Positions 1 through 11,844 of a DNA stretch of 64,000 nucleotides are shown here, in pieces. A program made the position numbers and the translations under genes. The notes beneath the pieces are model-generated. The model searched no databases. It was not told the DNA's origin and saw only the letters and a list, made by a program, of their open reading frames with translations. This DNA comes from Macrostomum lignano. Taxonomy: Eukaryota. The number at the start of each line of letters is the position of its first letter. The first letter of the stretch is position 1. The DNA lies in NCBI GenBank assembly GCA_002269645.1, contig NIVC01002846.1, positions 6,491 to 70,490 on the forward strand, in the 5' to 3' direction.

Positions 1-1607
1 GCCAGCAGAGTTACAAAGTGGCTTAAATTGGCATCAACTGCTTCATCAGCGTCAGTTCAGTGAATTTGCATATTCGGCTGCAGCACTTTTCTGACCTCCG
101 TGGCCTCCTCGTGAACTGCTGGGTGTTGGCAACCAGTGCCAGCGGTTCCCCTTTTCTCTCCCTTCATCTCTTATCTGTACCGGCGCCGCTCACGTGCAGA
201 TGCTGCGTTCCGAAATTCCTTCGCCCCAAATTCACCTTATCGACGGGGGGGGGGGGTAACTAAACTAACACACCAGGTGCGCCCCCGAAAGCAATTTGGT
301 GTTGCTGCAGTGCAGGCAACTTGTTCCAGATTCCTTCTGGTCATGTGAAAGGGGAGCTTCGATTCCTTCTGCATCTGCACACTTTCATTGTCATTGTGCT
401 GCGATCGCTGCTGAATCAGAAACAAAATCCGTTATTTTATTACTCTACTCATATTTTGAAAGCTATACGAGCTAACTACTTTCAATTTTTGAAATTTTGA
501 AAACCTTTGATTTAAGAGTGGCAGTGTTTTAGTAAATCTGGAAACAAAACTCTGGATTACAACTCACTCTTGGATCTATAGTTATAAAGTTATTAACATT
601 TTTATGAAACCTGCTCAAAATTCGGGGTCTATTGTTTTAAAAGTCGGAAGTTGTTCCCACACTGTTAAAACTATTTCACCTGCCGCATGATGCGACTTCT
701 GCTATGAAGCAAAGCTGGCAAAGTTCGCAGTTTTTTTGCTTGTGTCTAGAAGAGAGCATATTTTCTTGCAAATTGGGCGCATAAAAGTTCTGTCGCAGAT
801 TTTGCAGAAGCAAAGTTTTTCCTGAAGACGCAGTTATTGCTTCTTTTAGTGCCTCTCAGTGAGGGAGACTGGGAGTGCCCGGCTTGGGTGGGCGCACACT
901 TACTATTTGGGGATCTGGCGGTAGCTGCTTGTAAAACAGAAATGGAAAAAACTCAGTGGGAGAGCAAAAGCAAGTGAACGCGGCTTCTTGCTTGGTTGGG
1001 CAAAGAAACTGCCCAAACCAAGGAACTGCGCCAAGGAGATCCAGGCAGAGGATCTGGAGCGGCAGTCTTGGTTGTGCCTATGCTCGTGAGTTATGATATT
1101 TAGTCCTAGACTAGACTGTTAGTGTCACTATGTTTGTAAGTTATGAATAGCATTTTTAATAGAAATTTTCATCACAAGCTGCAGATAAAAGTCTATACAG
1201 ATTCTAAGAACTACTACAGATTCCTGTCCAGATTTCTTACTAAAGACGTCCATGCCATAAGCTCCTCTCCCCCCCCCCCCGACTTCGCTGCCATTCGCTG
1301 TCCCACTTTTTAGCAAGTCTCTGGGGTGTTGGGATGGGTGGTCAAGCCTCTTTGTGCAGCAAGTGGCGGGCCAGGAACCTCACCTCTGGCTATTTAGCCA
1401 AGATTAATGCGCACCGTCCGATCCCAAACCCTCCCGAACTCCCATATTTCCAATTTCAGAAGCCTCCCTATTCTATAACATTGCATTGGCGCTTGCAGTG
1501 CAAAAGAAGTAGCAGAAAGTAGCGCAGACAAGCAGAAAATTTCTGAAGAGGATAAAACTGCGCCACCGAGCCGAGTTTCGGGCCCACACCTGACCTGAGC
1601 GCGCGCC

Positions 1608-4600
1608 ATGCGCAGCAAGGCCTGGCGATTCCTGCTCGGCAGCGGCTGCGGCGGCGGCAACGCCAGCTGCACCGACGATGACCGGAGACCTCTGTCCAGT
1701 GAGCTCTGCCTTGAGCTTATTGCCATAGATCTTTGTTCAATTGTTCTAGATATTGTAGCAAATTTATTGAGGGACTGGGCTCTACCCACCTCTCAGTTCC
1801 ATATAACCATATTATTCCAGCTAACGATCGATTTAAATCCCCAGAAAAATCCCGAATTCCTAGATAGATTCCGAATCCCCAGAAAGATCCCGAATCCCCA
1901 AACAGAGCCCGAATCCCCAAACAGAGCCCGAATCCCCAGACAGATCCTGAATCCCCAGACAGATCCCGAATCCCCAGACAGATCCCGAATCCCTAGACAG
2001 ATCCCGAATCCCCAAACAGATCCCGAATCCCCAGACAGATCCCGAATCCCCAAACAGAGCCCGAATCCCCAGACAGATCCCGAATCCGCAAACAGATCCC
2101 GAATCCACAAACAGAACTCGGGATCCTCAGACAGAGCCCGAATCTCCAAACAGATCCCGGATCCTCAAACAAATCCCGAATCCCTAGACAGATCCCGAAT
2201 CCCTAGACAGATCCCGAATCCCCAGACAGATACCGAATCCCCAGACAGATCCCGAATCCCCAGACAGATACCGAATCCCCAGACAGAGCCCGAATCTCCA
2301 AACAAATCCCGAATCTCCAAACAAATCCCGAATCTTCAAACAAATCCCGAATTCCCAGACAGATCCCAAATCCCTAGACAGATCCCGAATTCCGAAACCC
2401 CAAATTCAGAATCCCTATTTCTAAGATTCAACTTCTAGATAGGGAGGGGGTCCCACTCTCAGATGCGCAAAGATCTGTCCTCAATCGACCTCAATCAACA
2501 TCTCTATGCACCAACATCCCGACAGTGCTCAACCAATCAGCTGAGTCCATAGTCGGCGAGGACAACCCGATCTCCACTGCCCTGCTGCTCGCCGCGGAAC
2601 TTGAGCTGGAGTCTGAGCTGGCGCCCCAGCAGCAGCAGCATCATCATCATCAACAGCAGCATCATGAGAAGCCGCCACAGCTGCAGAAGTCAGCGCTAAA
2701 ACAGGCAAATGATGTGAGCAGCAGGTTATCTAATGTTAGCCGTGTTCACCGGGGTGCCAGGTGGCTGGGCGGGCCAAGTTCCCCAGTCCGAATTGCAGGC
2801 CAGTTCAGTCCCAGCACAGAGAATTGCCTGTTCCAATTATGGAAATACGCACCTGCGAGAAAGAGAGAAAGGATAGACGGTCCAGGGCCTTTTGCGCACC
2901 TGGCAGTGAAGGTGGGCTGTGGCAGATGGAATGCGATTAGGCAGAGCCTCGCTGTTCGGTTGCGACCAGATGTTGCCGGCAAACTGAAATGTGCCTCTTC
3001 CCCCAGGATCTCGGCTGTTATCCCCTGCTAACTGCGGGGGTTGGAGGAGGCCTAGCGGGCGTTGCAGCATAATTCCAACCCGGGGCATTCGGCGGGCGGC
3101 AGCAACTGGCAACTGCCCTGAAGGTTATTGACTGAGAGATTACGGCAGCCTGTGTTTTTATGATTGCCAGTTGCAATTCGTGACTTCGCTTCTGGCGTGA
3201 ACAATATTTATGAGCATTTTATGCTTCTAGGGAATATAGAATTTCTTGGGTTTGGACGTCTGCGGAACTCTGACCGTGATTCTGGCTTGATCAGTGACTG
3301 GTCCGTGTCAGTGCCCTTTTATCTGCTGGTCAGTGACTCTGATCTGCTGGTCAGTGACTCTGATCTGCTGGTCAGTGACTCTGTGATCTGCTGGTCAGTG
3401 ACTCTGATCTGCTGGTCAGTGACTGATTGGCTGGTCAGTGACTGATTGGCTGGTCAGTGACTGATTGGCTGGTCAGTGACTGATTGGCTGGTCAGTGACT
3501 GATTGGCTGGTCAGTGACTGATTGGCTGGTCAGTGACTGATTGGCTGGTCAGTGACTGATTGGCTGGTCAGTGACTGATTGGCTGGTCAGTGACTGATTG
3601 GCTGGTCAGTGACTGATTGGCTGGTCAGTGACTGATTGGCTGGTCAGTGACTGATTGGCTGGTCAGTGACTGATTGGCTGGTCAGTGACTGATTGGCTGG
3701 TCAGTGACTGATTGGCTGGCCAGTGACTGATTGGCTGGTCAGTAATTGCTACAATTACCTCTCAAACATTTACCTCCCAGCAGTTGCTGTCCCGGCCAGA
3801 GCAGCAGACGACGACAACGGCGCAGCAGCCCGCGAGGGAGTCAGTGCTCAGCGCCGCTGAACAGCTGAGCGTTGGGCAGTGCCAGAGCGGCCATTCCGGC
3901 CTCGGTCGATGGCACCGTCGGCGAACTCACCGGCACAGAGCATGCGGCGTCCCGACTGCCGCTTCAGTTGCAGCCCCCGCCTCCGATGCCGCCACAGGGA
4001 CCGCTGAATGGTCGGTGACACTGTACGACTTCGATGGCCGCGGCTGCATCACTAAGCAGGTTGGCTGATAGCTGCGTCTGCTGTTTCGTTTGACGCTTGT
4101 ACTTTTATTTACAGTGTCGGTAGCTTATGCTTGTTTTCTGTAGTTTATGGTGGGTTTCTGTAGTTTATTGTAGGTTTCTGTAGTTTATGGTTGTTTTCTG
4201 TAGTTTATGGTAGGTTTCTGTAGTTTATTGTAGGTTTCTGTAGTTTATGGTTGTTTTCTGTAGTTTATGGTAGGTTTCTGTAGTTTATGGTAGGTTTCTG
4301 TAGTTTATAGTATGTTTCTGTAGTTTATTGTAGGTTTCTGTAGTTTATGGTTGTTTTCTGTAGTTTATGGTAGGTTTCTGTAGTTTATGGTTGTTTTCTG
4401 TAGTTTATGGTAGGTTTCTGTAGTTTATGGTTGTTTTCTGTAGTTTATAGTAGGTTTCTGTAGTTTATGGTTGGTTTCTGTAGTTTATTGTAGGTTTCTG
4501 TAGTTTATGGTTGTTTTCTGTAGTTTATGGTAGGTTTCTGTAGTTTATGGTAGGTTTCTGTAGTTTATAGTATGTTTCTGTAGTTTATTGTAGGTTTCTG

Positions 4601-6083
4601 TAGTTTATGGTAAGTTTCTGTAGCTTATGGTAGGTTTCTGTAGTTTATGGTTGTTTTCTGTAGTTTATGGTAGGTTTCTGTAGTTTATGGTAGGTTTCTG
4701 TAGTTTATTGTAGGTTTCTGTAGTTTATGGTAGGTTTATGTAGTTTATGGTAGGTTTCTGTAGTTTATGGTAGGTTTCTGTAGTTTATGGTTGTTTTCTG
4801 TAGTTTATGGTTGTTTTCTGTAGTTTATGGTTGTTTTCTGCAGTTTATGGTAGGTGTCTGTAGTTTATGGTAGGTTTCTGTAGTTTATGGTAGGTTTCTG
4901 TAGTTTATGATTGGTTTCTTTAGTTTATGGTAGGTTTCTGTAGTTTATGATTGGTTTCTGTAGTTTATGATTGGTTTCTGTAGTTTATGGTAGGTTTCTG
5001 TAGTTTATGGTAGGTTTCTGTAGTTTATGGCTGGCTTCTGTCTCTGGCTGGTCGTGGGCTGAAAGTTCCATTTAAAGGTGTTGAGTTTTAAACTCGAACG
5101 AAACGCCATCGCGCCTGCAGGACCTGGCCGCTCTGACGCGGTCTCTCTCAGAGGTCCTTCAGCGAGGAATCTGCGGCGCCAGTGGTGACTCTGTCGAGAC
5201 CGGCTGCGGTAGCGGCGGTGGCCGAGTCCCGGCAAGCCTCAGCCTCCGACTGACATTCGTCCCGGCGCCTGACGCCGCAGTGCAGCAGGAGAACCAGCGG
5301 CAGCGGCCCAAGCAGCGGGTCATCAGTGTGCCGTTGTCCGCCTCGGCCGGGCCGCTGCCGAAGCGCCGGCGCCACCGCAGCCATAGCCGCCGGCGCCAAC
5401 AGCCTCAGCACCCGCAGCAGAAGACGCGCCACCGCACGCAGAGGGCCACCTCCGCCAGCTTTGTGGAGACCTCCGCGGCCGCCGACGCCAGAGACGATCG
5501 ACAGCGACGTAGGCAGCAACGACGCCGGCGTCGGGTACGCGACGGCGACGCGGACAACAAAGACGCCGTAGACTTGGCGTCGACCATCGCTGAACCGCCG
5601 GCCCGGCATTCGCCAACAGACCGCGCCGGTAGCGACGGTGGCGGTCGGGGAGCGCGCAGGCAGCAGCGGCGCTTGCGGCGGCGGCAGCTGCGGCACTGGC
5701 CAGCGTCGGCCGACCCGTCGGCGACTGCATCGGAACTTGTCGACGCTCCGACGTCACTAATGCTGCCAGCGTCGGCGCCTCTCCGACATCTGCCGTCGGC
5801 CTCGGCGGCGGCGGCGGCTGATGCCGGTTACCATTGCGTTGCACTGGACGACGCCACCGCCGCCGTAACCAGCGCCGCTGAACACGCCGGCCGTCGGGGG
5901 CATCAGCAGCAGCCGCACCATCATCGCGTTGTCGAGCGTCATCGATGGCGCCGCCTGGACGCCATGCAGCTCGTGGCCGAGTGGCTGCAGCGAGAGCCGC
6001 TGATGCAGCTGCAGCCGCTGCCCAGCCTGGTGCTGCACGAGCACCGGCATCACCACCACTACCACTACCACTTCTACGACTGA
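1608..6083 (+). CDS. nkd: Naked cuticle homolog (EF-hand Wnt/Dishevelled antagonist), 4 exons
   Basis: Exons 1608-1698, 2541-2713, 3781(or 3784)-4059 and 5121-6083, all GT-AG with phases 1/0/0 consistent. The spliced EFX domain EWSVTLYDFDGRGCITKQ|DLAALTRSLSEVL...SLRLTFVPAPD matches the Nkd pattern EWxFTLYDFDxxGKVTREDxxxL...LRVKLTV. The His-rich C-terminus HEHRHHHHYHYHFYD is typical of Nkd. Assignment of exon 1 is less certain. Confidence 0.88.
1845..2400. repeat. 19-bp minisatellite (CCCAGACAGATCCCGAATC)n in nkd intron 1
   Basis: Direct reading of tandem units. It explains the repetitive ORFs 1608-2438 and the antisense ORFs. Confidence 0.95.
3290..3745. repeat. 19-bp minisatellite (CTGGTCAGTGACTGATTGG)n, with 21-bp variants at the 5' end, in nkd intron 2
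   Basis: Direct reading; the core array is highly homogeneous. Confidence 0.95.
4135..5030. repeat. 20-bp minisatellite (TAGTTTATGGTAGGTTTCTG)n in nkd intron 3
   Basis: Direct reading; about 45 units with point variants. Confidence 0.95.
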
Positions 6084-6974
6084 CTCGGGTGCTTCTAGCT
6101 TTTAGGTTCAGAAGGTTCTTTTGAAAAAATAAGGCTCATAAGTTCAATGCTTGATATCTGCTCCTTACTACTAATTTTGACTCACAAGTAGTGGGCTCTG
6201 AAATTAAGCAAAAATCGGCAAAATTGTAAATATTATTTCGTTAATGCTTTTCGTACCGCATGTACTCTTTGACCCCCCGATCCGAGAACTGTCCTCCAGT
6301 CCCCACCCGCTTTGCTCCTACGTTTTTCTCATCCCAGCATCGACCTCAGTTGTAAAATAAATGCGCAACTATTGCTACTGTCAGTAATATACACTCACTG
6401 ATTATTAATTGCGCAATGCATCTCGCGGGGATCTCATTAAGCCATGCTTTGCAGCGTCCTGGTGCCCGGCCGAACTCCAAGGACAACTGGAAGGACCGGA
6501 CGCTTCGTTGCCTGGAAACATTTTTGAAGGCCTAAGACACGATATCCGAAATTCGGTTATGTCTTTTCCGGGTAAACGAAGTGTCGGTTCCGCTTACTTT
6601 CAGTAGTTCTTGTGTAAATTTTCTACGTAGGCAAAAACTAGCAAATATTTAACTGGCAATCACTGTTGCGTTTAAAGCAATAATATACAGTATTTACTGA
6701 TATACTAATACAGCTTTGAGTTCATCCTTGTTGGACCGAACGATAAATAATTGTTGTTTAGACTGGTCGTCTTTCTTAATTTGCTTGTGGAACACGCCGA
6801 CTGTTATAGGGAATATTTTGCAGCCTTTGTTGCTGGGGCAGAATTCAAAGTGCAGGGCTGCCATTGGCTGAGGAACGAACCCTGACCCGCATCCTGACCC
6901 CATTGTTTATCATACTGTCTCAGCTTTTGTCACAAATTTTATTGTCATTCACTCCGTTGACATCAACATCACTC

Positions 6975-7340
6975 AGCCTGTCTCTCACCCTGTCACTCAC
7001 CCTGTCACGCACCCTGTCACTCACCCTGTCACTCACCCTGTCACTCAGTCTGTTACCCTGTCACTCCCGTCAATCACCCTGCCACTCACCCTGTCACTCA
7101 GTCTGTTACCCTGTCACTCCCGTCAATCACCCTGCCACTCACCCTGTCACTCAGCCCGTCACTTACCCTGTCCCACACCCTGTCACGCACCCTGTCACTC
7201 ACCCTGTCACTCACCCTGTCCCACACCCTGTCACTCACCCTGTCCCACACCCTGTAACACACCCTGTCACGCACCCTGTCTGTCACCCTGTCACTCACCC
7301 TATGACTCACCCTGTCCCACACCCTGTCACGCACCCCGTC
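6975..7340. repeat. 12-bp minisatellite (ACCCTGTCACTC)n upstream of the ferroportin start
   Basis: Direct reading; it translates as SLTL/HPVT repeats in the 6864 ORF. Confidence 0.9.
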
Positions 7341-7355
7341 GCCAACCCCCTTGCC

Positions 7356-9443
7356 ATGCACTCTCCCTCGTCTCTCCTGTTCATGCCGTCCCCCTGCTGC
7401 AGCGGCTGCAGCGGCAGCCCCCGCCGCCTGCTGTACGCCCTGTTCTGCCTGTCCTCCTGGGGCGACCGCATGTGGACTTTCGCGGTTGGCGTCTACCTGG
7501 TGCAGATCTCGCCCGGCTCGCTGTCGCTCACGGCGGTGTACGGCCTCTCCTGCAGCCTCGGTGTGTTCTCGCTGGGCTCGGCCATCGGCAACCTCATCGA
7601 CCGGTCGCCCCGGCTGCTGGCCGCTCGCACCAGCCTGGTCATGCAGAATGGTCTCGTCAGCGTGTGCGCTGTGATCGTCTGCCTGATTCTCTCCGGCCTG
7701 GTGACCGCTCAGGCCGCTGCCGCCTTCGAGGCCGCCAAGGTGCTGGTGGTGGCGACGGCCCTGCTGGCTCAGCTGGCCAGCGTAGCGTCGAAGATCTGCG
7801 TCTCCAAGGACTGGATTGTCGCCATCTGCGGCTCGGACAAAGAGCTGCTAGCGACGGCCACCGCGCACCTGCGCCGCATCGACCTGTCCTGCCAGGTGCT
7901 GGCGCCGCTGCTATTCGGCATGGTGACCACCTTCGTGTCGCCGCTGGCCTCGGCCATCACCGTGGCCTGCTGGAACCTCGTCTCCATGTGCGTCGAGTGG
8001 ACGCTGCTGGGCCACATCTACGCCTCGGTGCCGCGGCTGGCTGAGAAAAACCAGCCGGCTGAAGCGGCTCAGCAGGACGCCGACGTTCTTGTTGAGGACG
8101 CCAATGATGACGCTGCACCCGCCGCCGCACCCGCCGCCGATTCCCGTTTGCGGACCCGAATAGTTGGTCAGATTCGCGACCAGGTGGCGGGCTGGCAGCT
8201 GTACTTCCGGCAGCCCGTGTTCTGTGCCGGCCTGGCCCTGTCCAGCCTGTACCTGACCGTGCTGGGCTTCGACAATGTCACCACTGGCTACGTGTACTCA
8301 CAGGCGGTGCCAGCGGCCGTGCTGTCCGGCTGCCTGGCCGTGTCGGCCGTGTTCGGCCTGCTGGGCACCCTGCTGTTCCCGGCGCTGCGGTCCCGCTTCG
8401 GCCTGCTGAGCTCCGGCCAGACCGGCTTCGTTCTGCAGGCGCTCAGCCTCCTGCCTTGCGTGCTGTCCGTCTTCGCGCCAGGCAGCCCCTTCGACCTGAC
8501 GGCCGCGCCGCCCGTCCAGCAGATCAACGTTACGCAGCCGCAGTTCACCGAGCTGATGCTGTTCACCTTCGATGTCGGAGGCGCCGCTGGCGGCAACGGC
8601 ACCGACGGCAGCGGTGGCGATCGACCGTCTTCCTACGCGTCGGTGGCGCTGCTGCTGGCGGGCATCGTGGTGTCGCGCACGGGGCTGTGGCTGGCCGACC
8701 TCAGCATCACCCAGCTGTTCCTGGAGACCGTGCCGGAGCGGGAGCGTGGCCGGGTGTACGGAGTTCAGGAGAGCCTCAACCAGCTGCTGGACCTGGCCAA
8801 GTTCGGCCTGGTGGCCGCCCTGCCGCTGGTCACCCAGTTCGGCCTGCTGGTCTGCCTCTCCTATGCGGCCATCTGCTGCGGCGGCTGTCTTCACCTGCTG
8901 CAGGTGAGCCTTGCTGCCGTCACCACTGCTGCCAACCTCATCTCAGATCATTAAGGTCACATTGCAGGGGTTCTGCAATGGCTCCCTTCCAGGGCCGGGC
9001 TTGTGCAAGAAAACTGGTCGTGGGTTGTCCCCAAGGCACAGAGTCTACTGTACATGCCTGAAGATTAGAATTCAGGGCCGCTGCACACCCCGTGTACATC
9101 ATGAGCAAACACAGCCTAAAAAGCATTGAAATGGCACGGCTCGACTCATTGGTTTTATGAGTCTATGAAGATACCGACAGACCTTTTTTAGTATATGGAC
9201 TAGATATTTCGGCGAAATCCAGCCTCTTAAAGCTGTCCTTGGCAACCCCGCACCCGAACCCACGATTCTCCGCAGATATTCCGAAGCCGCAGTCGCAGCC
9301 GCACGGATTCCGCTGACAGCCGCAGCCTGACGAAGAGGCTCTTGACGGCCTGCTGCCCGAGCTCCGCCGCGTCTCTGCCGGTGAACCCGCCGCTGCAGTC
9401 GCCGATGTACCTGGACACGATCCCGACTGACGGGGCAGTCTAG
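7356..9443 (+). CDS. SLC40A1: Ferroportin (SLC40 iron exporter), 2 exons
   Basis: Exons 7356-8903 (donor cag|gtgagc) and 9276-9443 (phase 0, stop TAG). Motifs LSSWGDRMWTFAV, LRRIDLSCQVLAP, LYLTVLGFD, SRTGLWLADL and GVQESLNQLLDL are ferroportin hallmarks. The start codon is uncertain; there is also an in-frame ATG at 7302. Confidence 0.93.
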
Positions 9444-11844
9444 CCGGCCTGTTGCTTGGCGCTTCAGTTTTTATTGCTCACTTTCTTCAACTTTACAGGT
9501 GCCACCGTGTCGCAGGAGTGACAGCTGTGGCAGGTGCGCTGACATTCCTTTAAGCTCAGTGCTCACATTTGTCTAGTAAGCTTTAGGAAGATTTATCAGA
9601 ATTGTGACCTTCTAAAATGATTCAATGATCGATCGACTGCGTTATTTTTAATCGTGCAAACTTTAATCTCGCTACTTCGAACTCAAGTAGTATGGCTGTC
9701 AAATTTAAATCTAAAACTATTAAAAAACTTCAATTTATCAAATTACTGGTATTCTCCACAGATGCAGTTTTAACTGTCCAGATGTACAAATGTTTTTGAA
9801 GCCATTTCAGAAATTTATATAACTCTGCTTTCTCATTCCTTTGGTGGCTTTCCTGGCTTCTAATTTTGCACAGACCTGCCAAACTGATCAAACCGAATTC
9901 AACCTCCCTAGAGTCCAATTTTAAAGTCCACTTGTATTGCTCTCGGCGTCCCTTTATTTTTTTATTCCTCAGATTTATTTTTTCTCTATTTTAATCTTAA
10001 TTTTGTTGTGCTGTATTACAAATTTATTTTGAGTTTGTCGTTTCAAAGAAACACACTATCTTTTATTGCTATAAGAAATAGCATATTAGTAATTTTAGTG
10101 CACTTTTAAGTGCAAACGCAGATCCAGAAATTCAGAGATTAAAGCAACTGCTTCAGAGCAGGAGCTGCTTAACTCAAATTTCTGGATCCGCGCTGATTCT
10201 ATTGCGTCAAGTGCACAGTATTTTGATTAAAAGTACATATACAGTACTTGTAGTGTGAGATGAAGAATGTGTTATACAGAGCTCCGCTTCGTGTCGCCAT
10301 GAACATGAAGCCATGCGAACCATATTCTATCCATCAACTTTTACATGTGAATGCAAATATAGGTAAATATCAAGCCTACCATTTTTGTAGTAATAGGAGG
10401 CTCAAGCATGACTTAGACAGCTCCTGTTTGGCCACTACGAAAAACTAAACTTTGTTTGATGAATATTTTTTAACTTTCAATTAAGAGTTTAGCAGTAAAC
10501 AGTATCTATAAATATCGATCTGTATGCAGGAATAGAAATCACTGGACTTAGTAAACTAATCCTGAACTTATGCAGTCCCAGTGTAATTTCCCTTTAAAGT
10601 CAGTACATGTAATTTAAAAGTTATGTACATCCTAACTGCCAGGTTTTTTCAATCTTCACGGAATGGCCGATTCTAGCTGATTTCCGAAACGTTTTCTTAC
10701 TGAATTTCACTTGATGAATTTGCGTAAGCACAATTAGCTTCGTTAGCTCCACAACTCCGCGAAATATCGATGTTCTTATGAACCTTGAGTTCCTAATTTT
10801 CTACTTTAATATTCCGCGGTGTAACATGTATTCAGGTCAAAAAGAAAATATAACTCTATACAATAAGCGCCGCATAGAAGAACAGCAATTTGTTATTTTT
10901 CGTTAGTAAACAGTAGTAAACAGCCATTTGTTGGCTGTGACTGCTACCCAGTACAATTCACTTGTCGTACATTGTAAAAATTGTATATCGTACATGTAAA
11001 TTCTAGTACATATAAAAATACACGTACATGTTTATGTACTAAAAATATATCTTCATGCACCGCAATTTAATTTTTTCAATTAAGTGGCAGTCCAACTTTC
11101 TTGCTAACTCGATCACTGTCACCTTTTCTACTACCCACCCCTCCTCCGCCCAGATACAATTGCATAATAATTGTTCTGTTGAAATCTCTACACACCTTAC
11201 TTGTTTTTACTTTACTATGTACCACCCAAGGACCACTATATAGCTCTATATAATTCTATATACAGTGGTCCTTGGTACCACCCCATATACCACCACCACT
11301 TTTGTTGCTTTTGATTTTCACTGCTTGAAAACAAAATACTTATACTGCGTCATGACAAGCCTTACGCCGAAACTTCTGTCGCCAAAATAACTTTTCGCTG
11401 AGATGACTGGATTCCTCTGAGACTGATAAACTCACTTCACCTTTCCTGATTGTTAAAATGAAAAAAATTCATAGAAATGCCTGACTATTTCAAACAGCGA
11501 TTTTTTCTCCACGCTTGCGCGCTGCTCGAATACAAGTTATATTCTTAGGGCCTACTTTAGTTATTAAAACGATTTTGTACCTAATGTGAACTATTTCCAA
11601 TTAATATAATTAGCTTAATTAAATTAAATTGCTAAAATTCTTAAAAATTTCCTAAAAAATTAATAGGTGTCACTTGTCCGGTGACTTTCTTTAAATTAAG
11701 ACTACATCATAATTGATTAGGCTTAATTTAAAAATTGTGCTTCTGTTTCAATTCAATTAGTTTTTATAGCTAGACTAGGCTCTAATTTGATTGGTTTAAC
11801 ATTTAGTGCATCTCTTCCTTGATGTTTTGAACTTGAAAATTGTC

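Noticed and set aside
876-925. GCCCGGCTTGGGTGGGCGC, vaguely like a 7SL or tRNA 5' end
   Set aside because: The similarity does not extend; there is no B-box or foldable structure.
500-1740. TCF/LEF sites near nkd (CCTTTGAT at ~504, CTTTGTT at ~1729)
   Set aside because: Only one or two short sites, as expected by chance; there is no cluster or helper site.
5148-8907. Multiple overlapping GC-rich ORFs in alternative frames of nkd and ferroportin (similar ones occur in Amt)
   Set aside because: High GC3 coding sequence routinely leaves shadow frames open, and they carry no independent motifs.
9499-9555. Possible extra ferroportin exon after the acceptor ctttacag at ~9498
   Set aside because: There is no convincing in-frame donor, and the preceding exon already has a stop.
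6600-9700. Iron-responsive element near ferroportin
   Set aside because: No CAGTGN loop lies upstream of the start. The CAGTGC at ~9556 lacks a pairing stem.
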